Below, piece after piece: positions 32,456-43,906 of a stretch of 64,000 bases of DNA. The notes under the pieces were generated by a model, which did no database searches, was not told the DNA's origin, and worked only from the letters and a program-made list of their open reading frames with translations. Position 1 is the stretch's first letter. The number at the start of each line of letters is the position of its first letter. Source of the stretch: Mayamaea pseudoterrestris (taxonomy: Eukaryota); the NCBI GenBank assembly GCA_027923505.1, contig BROI01000008.1, forward strand, positions 186,001-250,000, read 5' to 3'. The position numbers and the translations under genes were made by a program.

Positions 32456-34326
32456 CTACGGCTGCAGTTGTATTTCGTCTTCGTGCATATAGTTGCGTTG
32501 AGTCTCCTCCCATGCGTTCCGTAAGAATGCAACAACTTCAAAAATGTCAACTCGCTCGTCGGGATCATATACCCACATTCTTTCTATAATCTCAATTATC
32601 TGTGTCTCCGCAAAGGATCGTTTTTTCCACCGGGTATCAATATACGGCAATTCGCCGGCCATGACTCGCTCTTGGACCACGTCAACATCAGATTCGTCGT
32701 AAAAGACGCCGACACCAGTAAGCAAAGCATAAAACGAGTTACCAAGGCTGTAAACATCAATCTTTTCATTGAGCGGATGATCGTGGTACTCTTCTGGCGC
32801 TCGCCAATCACCATGTCCAGGGTTGTTCGTGTACTTGCAATATTCTTTCTCGGCATCATTGAACGTCATGATCTCAGCTCGATTAAAGTCGTTCAACTTA
32901 AGATGCATACTTGGAGTGAAAAGGAATTGGGACATCTGAATGTCGTCATGAACCATCACGCCGCCAGGATAAGAGTCTTAAGTAAGAAAATGAAAAAGTG
33001 AGTCACCGGCACCACACGGAAACTGGCTTCTCCAAAAAGCCCACTTACGAAGCGTCGACACAGCCTCGGCCATTTCAAGAGCGTAAAGCAATTTTTGGCT
33101 GGGAAGGAATCTGTTCTGGGGATCTAACTGATATTTATCGTCGAGGTGGATGTTCGGCGCTCGCACTCCGTGTGGTAATGCGGCCATTTCCAGGTTGCCG
33201 TTCACCATCGGCTCTATAGGATGTAAAGCAAGCAAAGTAAGAAAACATACACACAGTCTCTGTAAATTCAGAGAACGCACCGTTTAGGTTGGCCAGCCCG
33301 CATGACGCATATATGTTGACAATTTCAGGTCTCGACGACAAGCGCTCGGCTACAATGGTGTCCATTCGCATGTATTCGAAATCTGCAGTATCATACGCAG
33401 CTCCCACTCCAAACTTCTTAATAACAATCTTCTCGCTTCCTAAATCTGTCAAAAAAACTTGTCGGTATGCTCCTGCGCCAATATATTTGGTGCCACCTCG
33501 TTCAGTGACGGACAGAAAGTCAAGCTCGTGTAGATTGTTGCAGTTGGTTGGATTGAACCGATGCCACGACACTCGTCTACATCGCTTCTCAAGGTCCTCC
33601 TTTTTCTGCGAGTATCTCACGTATGGATTCCGAATCCGGTCATCATCGAATGCATAATAATTGTCATATGTGCCTGCTCAAGAGAGATGGAGCAATGGAA
33701 ACGACAGCGAAAATTATAGTTGCTACGTGAATCTGTCTACGTAGAACCATCAGCAATCATTTCGTGTTCTTACCTTCTTCAGGATCTTCTCTGTCTTGCT
33801 TCATTTCATCCATTTTATAATCATGATAAATTTGACGTCTGCAGCCCTCTTTGGGACATTCCGACGATTCAAAGATGCCGAAATGAAGTCCGCCGAACTG
33901 TCGATTCCTTTGCATTCCGTCGTGAGCGAGCCAACTGAGAGGCTTTGGAAGCAAGACGCTGGTTTGTCCATTGGAACCATACGAGTGCATTGGTATAGTA
34001 GTAGCGCTAAAATCAAGTCTTCGACTAGTTGTGAGCTGCATCGACCGAAACAATTTCGAACGTGGATGACGGCGGCCGACACAAAAGGCGGAAGCAACCA
34101 TCCAAAGGCATACAGCAGATATTGCTGACATATTCTTGAGACCGATAGATTTCATAATTGTATTTGTTCGCTGCCAAACTAATGGAGACATGAAATGTCC
34201 TGTCTTTCGTCTCTTTGTGATTTGACGTTTTTCGTCGTCGTCGCTGCCAATCGGCACGTTGAACACTAATTTGCGAGGCAGGGGCGAGCCCCGATATCGG
34301 CGCGTTGCGTTGCTGGATCCTTTCAT
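32456..34326 (-). CDS. Atypical protein kinase-like protein with N-terminal signal anchor (4 exons)
   Basis: Introns 33674-33773, 33214-33280 and 32977-33048 give a continuous frame. Gly-loop IGAGAYRQV, VIK lysine, VHDDIQ, KLNDFN, WRAPEEY and DVYSLG. Start codon is uncertain. Confidence 0.8.
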
Positions 34327-34606
34327 ATCTCGATGTATATCTGGCGTAAAATAAAACTTGTTATAAAAGAAAATTGTCTTTAAAGCACCCTCCTCAGGGA
34401 CAGTCGGTCGCCATGGCCGTTTTTGGTGCCAACCGTTTCTCGCCAACGATAAACGGTGCGACGCCATGGGACGCAATGCAAATCTAGCTACCCTTCCTCC
34501 GCCAGTATGTGCGTCGTTTAGAATGAAATGGGTAAAACATAAAATATGGCGGATTGTAAACGATACTCTCACCGACAAAGCTATCATGTACGTAACAGTA
34601 TGATCC

Positions 34607-35595
34607 TCATGATCCTCTATAAGTAGACAAGGACCACGGACTCACCAACAGTGGCACATGATAATGATCGTCGGGATTGTCAATACCAAAGCGGATCGGA
34701 ACCAAATCCAAAAAGGGAATGCCAGTGGTATGTGTTCCCTTGGAAGCAAAGTAGTCACCGACATGGAAGGTCCACTCGTACGTTCCGACGAGAAGCTCAT
34801 TCCCACCTTTCAATACCGGTCCTGATGTGAGCCGACCATCGTCGTTCGTGGTAAATTCGCCGATAAGGCCAGCTGATTCTGGAGGCCACAAGCGATGAAG
34901 CTGGATTCGCATATTGTTTGCTGTGTCGATATTAAGGCGAATGAGCAAAAAAAAACAGCAGCGACGCAAATCTCCATACTCGATACCGTCATCGACTCAC
35001 CTGGACATCCATTGGCAGTATCTAGCACATGGCATGTTAAGAAGCCCTTGGCGCAACTAAGATCAATTTTGGTAAGAAGTCGCATCCAAGCAATCTTATG
35101 CACCTGCGTCAACGCTGTCGCAAACTCCACTTCGTATGAGTTGTTGGTGCGGCCAGCCAAAGCTGCCAACACTGTGTATTTAGTGGCATTTCGAACCGCC
35201 AAAATGAACGGAAACTTGTTTTTCTCTCGATAGGCAGTATTGAACTGCGTGAAACGTTCGAGCTCGTCGGCAGTGAGAGATTGCAAGCCGGAGTTGGATT
35301 GTTCCTCTCGGCTTTCCAGCGAAAGTGACTGTAGATTTCCCACTTTTTCGCACAAATCAGGGTGCGCGTTCAGTAAATTCAGTTTTTGTACTTGACATGC
35401 ATCTTCTACAATCGATTTAAGTGCTTTTGCAAGGTCCGAAACGGATTCAATTGCCGAATGAGGTTTGCCAGTTGTGATGAAAGCTTCCGCAACCCATGGT
35501 GAATGCTCATAGACGCCTCCAAGAAAAGTAACAATATCTTCCTTTGACTGCTTTAATAGCTCTTGAATATTCGGCTTGTTAAGCGTCGCTGTCAT
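34607..35595 (-). CDS. Bifunctional OHCU decarboxylase / 5-hydroxyisourate hydrolase (allantoin synthase; 2 exons)
   Basis: UraD motifs GVYEHSPWVAE, LNAHPDL, SREEQ..SGL and FPFILAVR. Transthyretin-like motifs TCHVLDTANGCP, TNDDGR, HYHVPLL and C-terminal YRGS. Intron 34921-35000. Confidence 0.93.
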
Positions 35596-35704
35596 GGTGT
35601 TTAAAGCAAAAAGGGTGCCATTAGTCAATACAGGACGATTGCAACTCCATCCGTCCCATCCTCGCAAGTTTGGATCTTGAGTACCGTAGTGACAGTGATA
35701 GATA

Positions 35705-35751
35705 TGACGTCAGTTTCTGAACAATTTAAGATCGCGTTCGTGTTCTGACGT
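35705..35751. promoter_or_regulatory. Candidate CRE/bZIP sites (TGACGTCA at 35705, TGACGT at 35746) in the divergent allantoin synthase/FKBP promoter
   Basis: A full palindromic CRE plus a second TGACGT lie in a ~180-bp intergenic region. Function is inferred only. Confidence 0.4.
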
Positions 35752-35777
35752 TTCACCATGATGAGTCGGCAGACCGC

Positions 35778-36380
35778 ATGATGGCTCAAGCTTATAATTT
35801 GATAATGATGAAAGTATTTCCAAGCTTGGCAGTACTTGTCGCAACCGTATGTGGCTCGGCGAGCGTCAGTCTTGCGTTATCCGCTGATATTTCCCCTAGC
35901 CGACGAGCCTTTCTGTCGCGAACAGTCGCGACAGCAGCAGGTGCTTTTGCAACTCCATTATATATCGCCAATGGACAAGTCAATGAAGCACTAGCTGCTC
36001 CTCAGATCCTTACTACTCCTCATGGAATCAAATATGCAACAACGAAGGAACCAACCTCCAAGACTGTTCCACAGGACAGAGACATTGTCGCCATTGAGTA
36101 CACTGGATACCTTACGGACGGGTCCATCTTTGACGCCACTCACGCCCAAGGGAAGAAGAACGCACTCATGTTCGAACTCGGAGGCAATGCTGTTGTTCCA
36201 GGATTAAATGAGCTGATTAAAGAACTAAAGGTGGGACAGAAGGTTCAAGCGATCATTCCACCAGAGTTGGCCTTCGGCGACAAGGGCATTTGTTTGGAGA
36301 CTGGAGAGTGTCTCGTCAAGCCGAAATCAACGCTTGTTTATGATGTCTACCTTAAAACGAGCTCCATTCCACCACCATAG
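35778..36380 (+). CDS. Plastid thylakoid-lumen FKBP-type peptidyl-prolyl isomerase
   Basis: Signal peptide and twin-arginine SRRAFL segment. FKBP motifs V.IEYTGYL.DG..FD, VVPGL.E and IIPPELAFG. Start could be any of several nearby ATGs. Confidence 0.9.
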   Translation: MMAQAYNLIMMKVFPSLAVLVATVCGSASVSLALSADISPSRRAFLSRTVATAAGAFATPLYIANGQVNEALAAPQILTTPHGIKYATTKEPTSKTVPQDRDIVAIEYTGYLTDGSIFDATHAQGKKNALMFELGGNAVVPGLNELIKELKVGQKVQAIIPPELAFGDKGICLETGECLVKPKSTLVYDVYLKTSSIPPP

Positions 36381-36581
36381 ACTCCCTGCGAAGAAGCAGG
36401 TGGAAAGCATCAATGCACTATCAAACACAGAATGTAACATTGCTATTCAGTGGTAGTCTAGTCATTAGAAATTAGAATGCATTTCCTCTCGTAAGCGTTG
36501 ATAGCGACTAAATAACAATCGTCTTCTATCATTGTCTGATCGCTTAAAAGGTCAAGGGTTCATTGCGTCGATATGCATAAA

Positions 36582-38966
36582 TTACCAGCTACCATGCTCC
36601 ACACTCGGCGCTCGGTCACGCTTCAATGCTGCAGTCCACGACATGCGCTGCTGATCTCTAACATTAGCTGCGCTGCCTTCTCGTAACGATTCATTCAGCA
36701 AAACACCTCCCGTTGAAGCTAAACTCATGGGTTGAAACTCGTCCTCGTCCTCATCCTCATCGTCTGAAGAGTCTCCTGATCCATCTAGGCCCGATGCTTC
36801 GTCCACCTCCTCGTCCGTAACCTCGTCGTCAATCAGTACAGATCCATCATCTAAGTCATCCGCTGCTGCCATGAGGTCTTCGAGAGAACCTGGCCAATGA
36901 TTGTAAAAAGGTTCAACGTAAACGTGTGACTGTCGCAAGAGATAGGGATCAAATGGAAAAAATGATTCTAGCGGATTGCTTCCCTGGCCTAGGCCTCCAA
37001 CACCGCCCCGCTTGCGTTCGTTTTCAAGTGTAGCGGCTGTTGCAATCTTCATTGGCGACTTCTTCTTTTCTACACCAGCAGTAGTACGGGCAACATTATC
37101 TTGGATTAACTTATCCAGTGCCACGGCATCCAGCAGACCAAAAACACGAGACAGATGCAAAAACTCTGACCGTACACTCTCTAGACAAAACAGCAGCGGC
37201 TGCATTGGACTCAAACATATGCACTGCCATCGCGAAGGAGTCAAGTCAATCGCAGAGGTCCCCTGGGAATCTCTTCGAACGTGAGACAACGCCTCAGGCC
37301 CGCGAAAGCACATTATGTAAAAGGCTGCCTGGCAAACAGTATAGAACAGCGCATGAACGGAACACTGTCCCTTGGTGTCGGATGCAATATTGGCTGCACC
37401 TTCGATCGAATGAAGGTAAGTTTCCGACCACTGAAGCAGGGCAGCCACCGTTTTGCTGACCGTGGCGGCATCGACAAAAACAGCTCGACTAACGAAGGAT
37501 GCCAAGTAGCACGCTGCCGTCTGTCGCGTCACCGTCGCACGATAAGGATCCGTGACAAACTCCATCAGCTTGGCCACAAAACATTGATACAATGGAATCG
37601 AATGGTTTTGTTTTAACTGACTGTGAGTTCGTGTGTCCAACCTTTTCGAATCGACTCCGCACACATATAGCAATAGGAATTGCACAAATTTGGACTTATG
37701 CGTGATCAAGACGGAAGACTCAAATGAACGCGCATAAACGTCGTAGAAGGAGTGGATTGAAGCTTCCGCGATAAGTGACGACTCAGTTCCCGAATACTGA
37801 AAGAGCAGCAGCATGAGCGAGTCTAATTTATTGGCCATTTCGTCGACCGTCACATCCACTGCTGCCGCTACTGCGACTGCATGCCTTGGCAGGCCTTCAT
37901 CGTCATCCAAAGAAAACAAAAGATCATTTTCGTTCATTTCTTCATCATTCTCATCTATGGCCACCTCGCCCGAGTCACAAATCTTTATTTCGACGTCCAG
38001 CTCAAGACACTTGTCGACAATGAATTCCAATACTTGCCCCTGAATAGATGGAAGATACTGCAAAACAAACAATGAATGCTGGTAATACCACGTAATTGCT
38101 GCTTCTGGCCTCGTCCGATAAGGAGCATTGGCCGTGATAATGGCAAAAAGTTCGGTCCTGCCTTTGGGGCAGAGGCGAAGGATCGATGCAATAGTAGCGT
38201 GTAAGCGTTGAGTGCTGTATATGATAATGAAAGAGAATGCAATATGAGATTACTTTTTAGCAGCTAGTTCCAGCCAACGTCTCTTTTCAACGTACCGATG
38301 CGTGGACATATTTTCATACTCAAGCGCTAGCATCTTCCAAAGCGCCGTCAATGTTGGTAGTAAATAGACAGAATTTGCCGACACGAGAGCCACCAGCAAG
38401 TGCAAGTGGGCATCCGCAAGGGCGTGGTTGACTGTATCGCTGTTATTTTCATCGTGCTCCGTGGCGCTATCGCTATTGGTCGTGGTGATGTTGGAAGTCT
38501 CAAACGGATGAAAGCGCACCAAGTAATGAATCAATCGTGCATGCTTGGTGGGACCACTTGCGAGCAAATGCAGTGTCGATCCCATGCCAGAAGTTCTTAG
38601 CGCCAGTAGGATTTTAACAACCAGCGGTAATTCCGTCTTTCTTCGTAGAGCGTCTAAAAGTCCCTTGTAAGCCTTGGATGGAACATTGTCGTTGGCTTGT
38701 TTGTTTTGTTCTAAAACAGTCTTGTGAACAAAACTTTCAACTGGATCGTACTCATGCGCTGGAGGAAGTTCACATCTAGGAAGAATGAATGATTTATTGC
38801 CATCAATCAAACCTTGTTCATGGCTCAATGCCGCGTCATCGTGGGCAGCAGCGTGATTGGAAGCGACTGTGAGTTCCTGCTGTTCCGCGGAATGGTCGAT
38901 GGTCGGCGAAGAAGTATTGCCAATGGCCGCTGCACTCGCCGACGCCAGTGTCGCTAGCATAGCCAT
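36582..38966 (-). CDS. RRN3: RNA polymerase I transcription initiation factor RRN3 (2 exons)
   Basis: KCLELDVEI, KLDSLM, THKSKFVQF, YLASFVSRA, FYTVCQAAFYIMCFR and FFPFDPYLL. Intron 38215-38295. Confidence 0.92.
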
Positions 38967-39264
38967 CCTTGATATTCTCGTTGCTCTAAGGCAAGATTTA
39001 CTATTGAGCCGGCAGGGCAGGCCAAGGAGTGATGCCGGTGGCCGACAAGTAATACGTACAATGGGGAGTTTCTCGGTGTGCGCGATGCGATGAATGGTTG
39101 CGTTGCGGTATCAAGCGACACTGAAAAGAATTTGTAGATCGAAGCGGTAGTGAAGACTAGCGCTGCGACACGCTGGAAGGCGAACACGTCGATCGTCGAC
39201 CATGGCCGCATTCATACAACGACATTAACGATCATCGAATCCGTTCGTCCTCCGCTAATTAACC

Positions 39265-40989
39265 ATGACCGACGACAATTTCTCTGATCCAGACGACTAC
39301 GAAAATTTGGATTTATCGTTTGATGATATTCAAGGCTTTCCGAGTATGATATCACCAGTTGCAACTACCACAGAGAGCACTGCCAGCGACCCGACAATCT
39401 TTACGAAACCAGGCATTGCCAAGCCGTGTGAACTGGACGAAGACTATATTTTAGGAACTTTAGTTGTTCGAGTCGTTGCTGCTCGAGATTTGGAGCCAGC
39501 TGAGTCTGTCGGTAGCTTTGGAAACTTGCTGTTTGGCGGTGGAAGCGAGCGAGGGAAAAAGCACGGAACCTGTCACCCTTACGCCTCGGTCCGCTTTGGC
39601 GAAACGACGCAAAGAACATCGACCATTTACAATTCACTTGATCCTATATGGCCGAGGGGAGAAACAATGTACATGGATGTCACGCATCCGCCGACGGAAT
39701 CAGTAACGCAAGCTTCAGCACCGATTGCAGCGCCAAGCGAACATGAGAATGCAAATTATCTGTCTCGTAGCGCACGCCAGCATTCAGAGACAATTAATAA
39801 CGATGCGCGACGAAGTCACCAGGCACCTATTCTTACGGTTGCCCTCTTTCATGCAACAGACTTTGGCCACAAGGCAGCAGCAAAGTCACACGCACCAGTC
39901 AAGAAAAACCAGGGCGATTCGGACGATGTTTTCCTTGGTATGCTGACGGTTGACATGACTTCACTCATCACAGGCAAACTCCGTACCTTTGACGAATGGA
40001 TTTCACTGTCGGGTGGCTCTTCCTCCATGCGAACAAACCGCACTCCATCGGTTCGAATTGTAGCCGAGTACGAAGCGAGCGACGCTCCTCCCCACAAGGG
40101 CGATTTAGTTCGATTTACGCGGTTTTGCGAGCCGGCAGATTTATATCCGGCATTGGTCGATGGATATTATGCTGTTGTTGAAGATGGCGTTGGTAATGCG
40201 GGCGATAATGTTTTGATTTCGTTCACGAGCCAGGAGGGATGGGTGTCCACTTTTCAGTGCCACCGCTTCATGCTCATTTGCGTTGAGCGACATACATCAA
40301 GCTTGGATCACTTGGAGAATGAAGTGATATCCATTGCTCAGCGTCTATCAGTTTCGCCAGCGGTGAATGCTGTACAGGAAACGTTGGATCAAATCCCGGA
40401 CGATGGTTTGGTTTCGGTTGGTGCTACTGTTATTCAGGGAGCGGGCTCATTGTGGAGTCGGTGGAAGGAGGGAGGACTGACACAAGCGGTGGAAGATATG
40501 GCACACGTGACCAACTGGGACGGAAGATTCAATCCGTCGACGGCAGATCATTTGTCCGACTCGTTTAACAATGATGAAGGCCGCGACAGTGATGATGCTG
40601 ACCAAGACAGTGACCCGTTGGCGGATCCTGATAGTTTGTACTACAGCGATGATTCGGACAGTCCTCAAGGTCAAGCATTGCCGAACATGCCGTCATGCCC
40701 CATCACGCAGCAGCCCATGCGCGATCCCGTAGTGGCAGCCGATGGTCACACATATGAGCGCACCGCGATAGTGCGATGGCTCAAGACGAGCGACAAATCG
40801 CCGTTGACGGGTTCCCTTCTTCCGCACAAGAACTTAGTACCAAATTACATGCTGCTGTCAAGTATACAGGAAAGCTCAAGACTTATGTCAGCAAATGGGA
40901 ATGTGACGCGGCAAGATACGAATGGTTTGAACGGCGGCGACGGTGAAGCGGAAGAGGATGCTGAGACAATGGATGTCAAAATTGATTGA
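39265..40989 (+). CDS. C2-domain + U-box E3 ubiquitin ligase
   Basis: C2 domain (GTLVVRVVAARDL...PYASV...QRT..IY.SLDPIW...D.FLG) and U-box (CPITQQPMRDPVVAADGHTYERTAI..W...SPLTG..L....LVPN). Confidence 0.88.
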   Translation: MTDDNFSDPDDYENLDLSFDDIQGFPSMISPVATTTESTASDPTIFTKPGIAKPCELDEDYILGTLVVRVVAARDLEPAESVGSFGNLLFGGGSERGKKHGTCHPYASVRFGETTQRTSTIYNSLDPIWPRGETMYMDVTHPPTESVTQASAPIAAPSEHENANYLSRSARQHSETINNDARRSHQAPILTVALFHATDFGHKAAAKSHAPVKKNQGDSDDVFLGMLTVDMTSLITGKLRTFDEWISLSGGSSSMRTNRTPSVRIVAEYEASDAPPHKGDLVRFTRFCEPADLYPALVDGYYAVVEDGVGNAGDNVLISFTSQEGWVSTFQCHRFMLICVERHTSSLDHLENEVISIAQRLSVSPAVNAVQETLDQIPDDGLVSVGATVIQGAGSLWSRWKEGGLTQAVEDMAHVTNWDGRFNPSTADHLSDSFNNDEGRDSDDADQDSDPLADPDSLYYSDDSDSPQGQALPNMPSCPITQQPMRDPVVAADGHTYERTAIVRWLKTSDKSPLTGSLLPHKNLVPNYMLLSSIQESSRLMSANGNVTRQDTNGLNGGDGEAEEDAETMDVKID

Positions 40990-41272
40990 AAATAAAGTGG
41001 AAAACACATTAGTGCGTTAGGTTGCAAGTATGAAGAATAACAGACGTATATTGAGGAACCATAGGGCAGTTGCTGACGAGCATCGGCTTCATTAAAATCA
41101 GAATATTGATAATAATGGCCCGAAACTACTGGTTTTGGCGGCGTGGCAAGCCAAGGTAATTTCCGGCAGCAGCAAGGCAAACAGTACGGCCAACCTTCTC
41201 TGCCAGTATATATCAATATGCTATTCACGTTGACAACTGCGACTGCTCGTACACCTACTATCGTTAGAGCTT

Positions 41273-42119
41273 CTACCTCCTTCCAGCCAGACGTCTAAAA
41301 ATGCATCGCGTGAAACGCAGTCCTCCGTCTACGTCTTCCTGTCTTGAGAGTTCACTAAATTTGTTGTCCCATCGATATTTGGCAGGGAATTTTGCAAACT
41401 CTTGGTTTGGAAGAGTATTAATCTCGCTTTCGATAGTCGTTAGGTGCAACTCGGCAGCGTTTGGATGCAGGAGCGCCTCATGATAGACTCGCTCACCTCC
41501 AGCAACCCAGCATGAGATTCTACCACTATCGGCATGAACGCTTTGTTCTTCCATTAGCAATCGAGCGATATGGAGAGCTTCGGAAAAGGATCGTGCAACG
41601 CGCAGTTTACTGTCGTCAAAGTTCGCGTCCAACGACGTTGACATAATCACAGTGGCGAAAGCATGATTGATATGCCTCCGTAGTGGATTCTCTTCATACG
41701 TCCGTCTTCCAATTATCAAAATAGTGTTCTCAGTCAAGGTTTTGAAAGCCTTTCTGTCCTTTGGTATGCGCCAAGGAAGCCTTCCGTTGATGCCAATGAT
41801 TTGATTTGAAGACATTGCGGCAACGATTCCGAATCTGTCGATGGGCTCAAAAACGACCTGTAGTGCAGAAACAATGTTTTCAATCCGTTTTATATCCTTT
41901 GATTGTTAATAGATCACACAATGGCCGGGTGTATAGCTTTTCAAAGTACTGTCGTACCTGTTTGTTTCGTTCCTCAAATGTAGAATTTTGGATGTTGCGA
42001 CGTTCTGGAGAGTCTGGCGGCGAGCACCAAGACAACGCCTTGACAGCCAAGAAGCGTTTCACTATACCGGTATCAAAGATTCTGGCCCCAGAAGTTGAAA
42101 GGCACATTGCTTGTATCAT
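41273..42119 (-). CDS. DHFR: Monofunctional dihydrofolate reductase with N-terminal extension (2 exons)
   Basis: IVAAMSSNQIIG.NGRLPW.IPKD...FK.LT, IIGRRTYE and WVAGGERVY. Intron 41858-41957 links an upstream 54-codon exon and restores the first beta-strand. Confidence 0.85.
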
Positions 42120-42320
42120 GGGAAATCATCAAATGTTCAACTGTAGTGTGGCGTGTTCGCAAGGAAGAACGCGAAGAGCGAGTGTCGATGATAGTCGTAG
42201 CGGTACTGATTACGACATCGACGACGTCCACCAAAGGCAGACAACCTTTGACCTCTTTCATCCGTTCTCACCTTGTCATCGCCTACTCGATTGACTCATT
42301 CGCCAATCTCAAACTTTGTT

Positions 42321-42798
42321 ATGTCGATCGAAACATCGAAACGATCTGGTGGATTGAAAGGCTTTCTGCGAGAGACTGGGGCTATGCTGTACGCCGGCAG
42401 TGTCTTGGTGCGCGAGAAGGGCTTCGGCGCATTAAAAGTGGGATATGCCTACGGTGGTCAATTGGCATTTTCATTAGCGACCGTTTCCATGGTTGTACTG
42501 ATGCCACTACTGTTTGAAATCGCAAGAGAAGGACAGGTATGTGCTAGTTAAACCTTTACAGGCGTGCGATGATCCCCTCGCGGAAACGAATGACGAGTGA
42601 CGAGAAGCTCGCTTGCTATACGCCACCAACTCAACTGACTGAATTTATATCTTGCATACTTTATTATAGATGCTGGAAGTTGAACGCTCGCAAATTAAAG
42701 ATTTGAAATCGAGAGGGTATTCCGACCGACAGCTGCAGGAGATGGGTTTTTGCGAAAATGCGATTCATACTCCATCCGTAGCGTCATTAAAGGCTTGA
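42321..42798 (+). CDS. TOM22: Mitochondrial import receptor Tom22/Tom9-like (2 exons)
   Basis: Small protein with TM G.LAFSLATVSMVVLMPLLFEIAREGQ, matching the Tom22 TM P-L..E..RE pattern. Intron 42537-42669; stop at 42796-42798. Confidence 0.65.
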
Positions 42799-43906
42799 AG
42801 GTTTGTTATTTTAAGTAACACTGCCATATACACATGCACATTATGCGTTTATACAAATAAGACTACTGCTGATGGCAGTATTGAGCATCATCGATTCTGT
42901 GACCATGATTTCCCGTGTCGTCCAGCGATCTTACAAACGCCGCCAAGGGTCATGGATGCTCCTCCAACCTTTTTGACAGCACTGATTATATGCGGTTGAG
43001 CAAAGGGGAGCACCGTGGGTTTGCTAGAATCGGCCGTGAGTCCCAACGAACGCCACTGGATCCAGAGTTTATGCGCGTCTTTCATTATCCGCAGGCTCCC
43101 TGTGGGCGAACAACAACGGTGAAGAAGCTGCAGTGTCGACGTTAATGTGTCCGGTCAAAAAAAAAGTTTAAATAATGTGCAGATCAAATTAAATCGAATG
43201 AAGTGTAGTACTGGTACATAGTTCAATCATCAGGGCCTTAGCTGCGACTCGATTCATCAAGTCACGCAGCCAAATGAAACGAGAAGTCATGCAATCGTTC
43301 GTGCTTCTCCGGTGGTGAGACGGAACGCAGAACTATTAAATCGGCGGACGTCAGTGGTGCTCATCGTCGAACTGCCAGCTGCTGGATCAATTTACTATTG
43401 CCTCAATTTTGAATACTCAATTCTATTCATATCCTGCGTCATTTTTCTACAATGTGCTACACTCTCAAAGAGAGTCTAGGATGTGTGTTGCAGTTTGCCC
43501 GTTTCGTACGAAATCGTCAAGCAGATGGCAACCAGATGGGAGCCAGATGGCACGACGGCCCGTCGATTGTCGACTCGAGAGACAACCTCGTCCTCCCGAC
43601 TCTTCGTTCCTAATCCATGCATATCTCGCATCCTCGAGTAAAAAGGTTTGAACGAGCTGTTTACTGTCGGGTATTGAGAGAGCAACGCAACCGTCTACTG
43701 CAAACACTGCAACAACGAGCAAGCGATATTTGTCGTCTCGATTCGCTCGGCTCGAAGGACGCGTAGCAGACTTCCATTCCATTCACTGCTTTTGATAGGC
43801 AATTCAGTAACCATCAGCATACGGTCTGTTGCATTTACATCTCAAATTGTTACAGTACTTTGACTTGAACCACCAAGACTGCCAAGAGGTGCTGAAACGA
43901 GAAATT

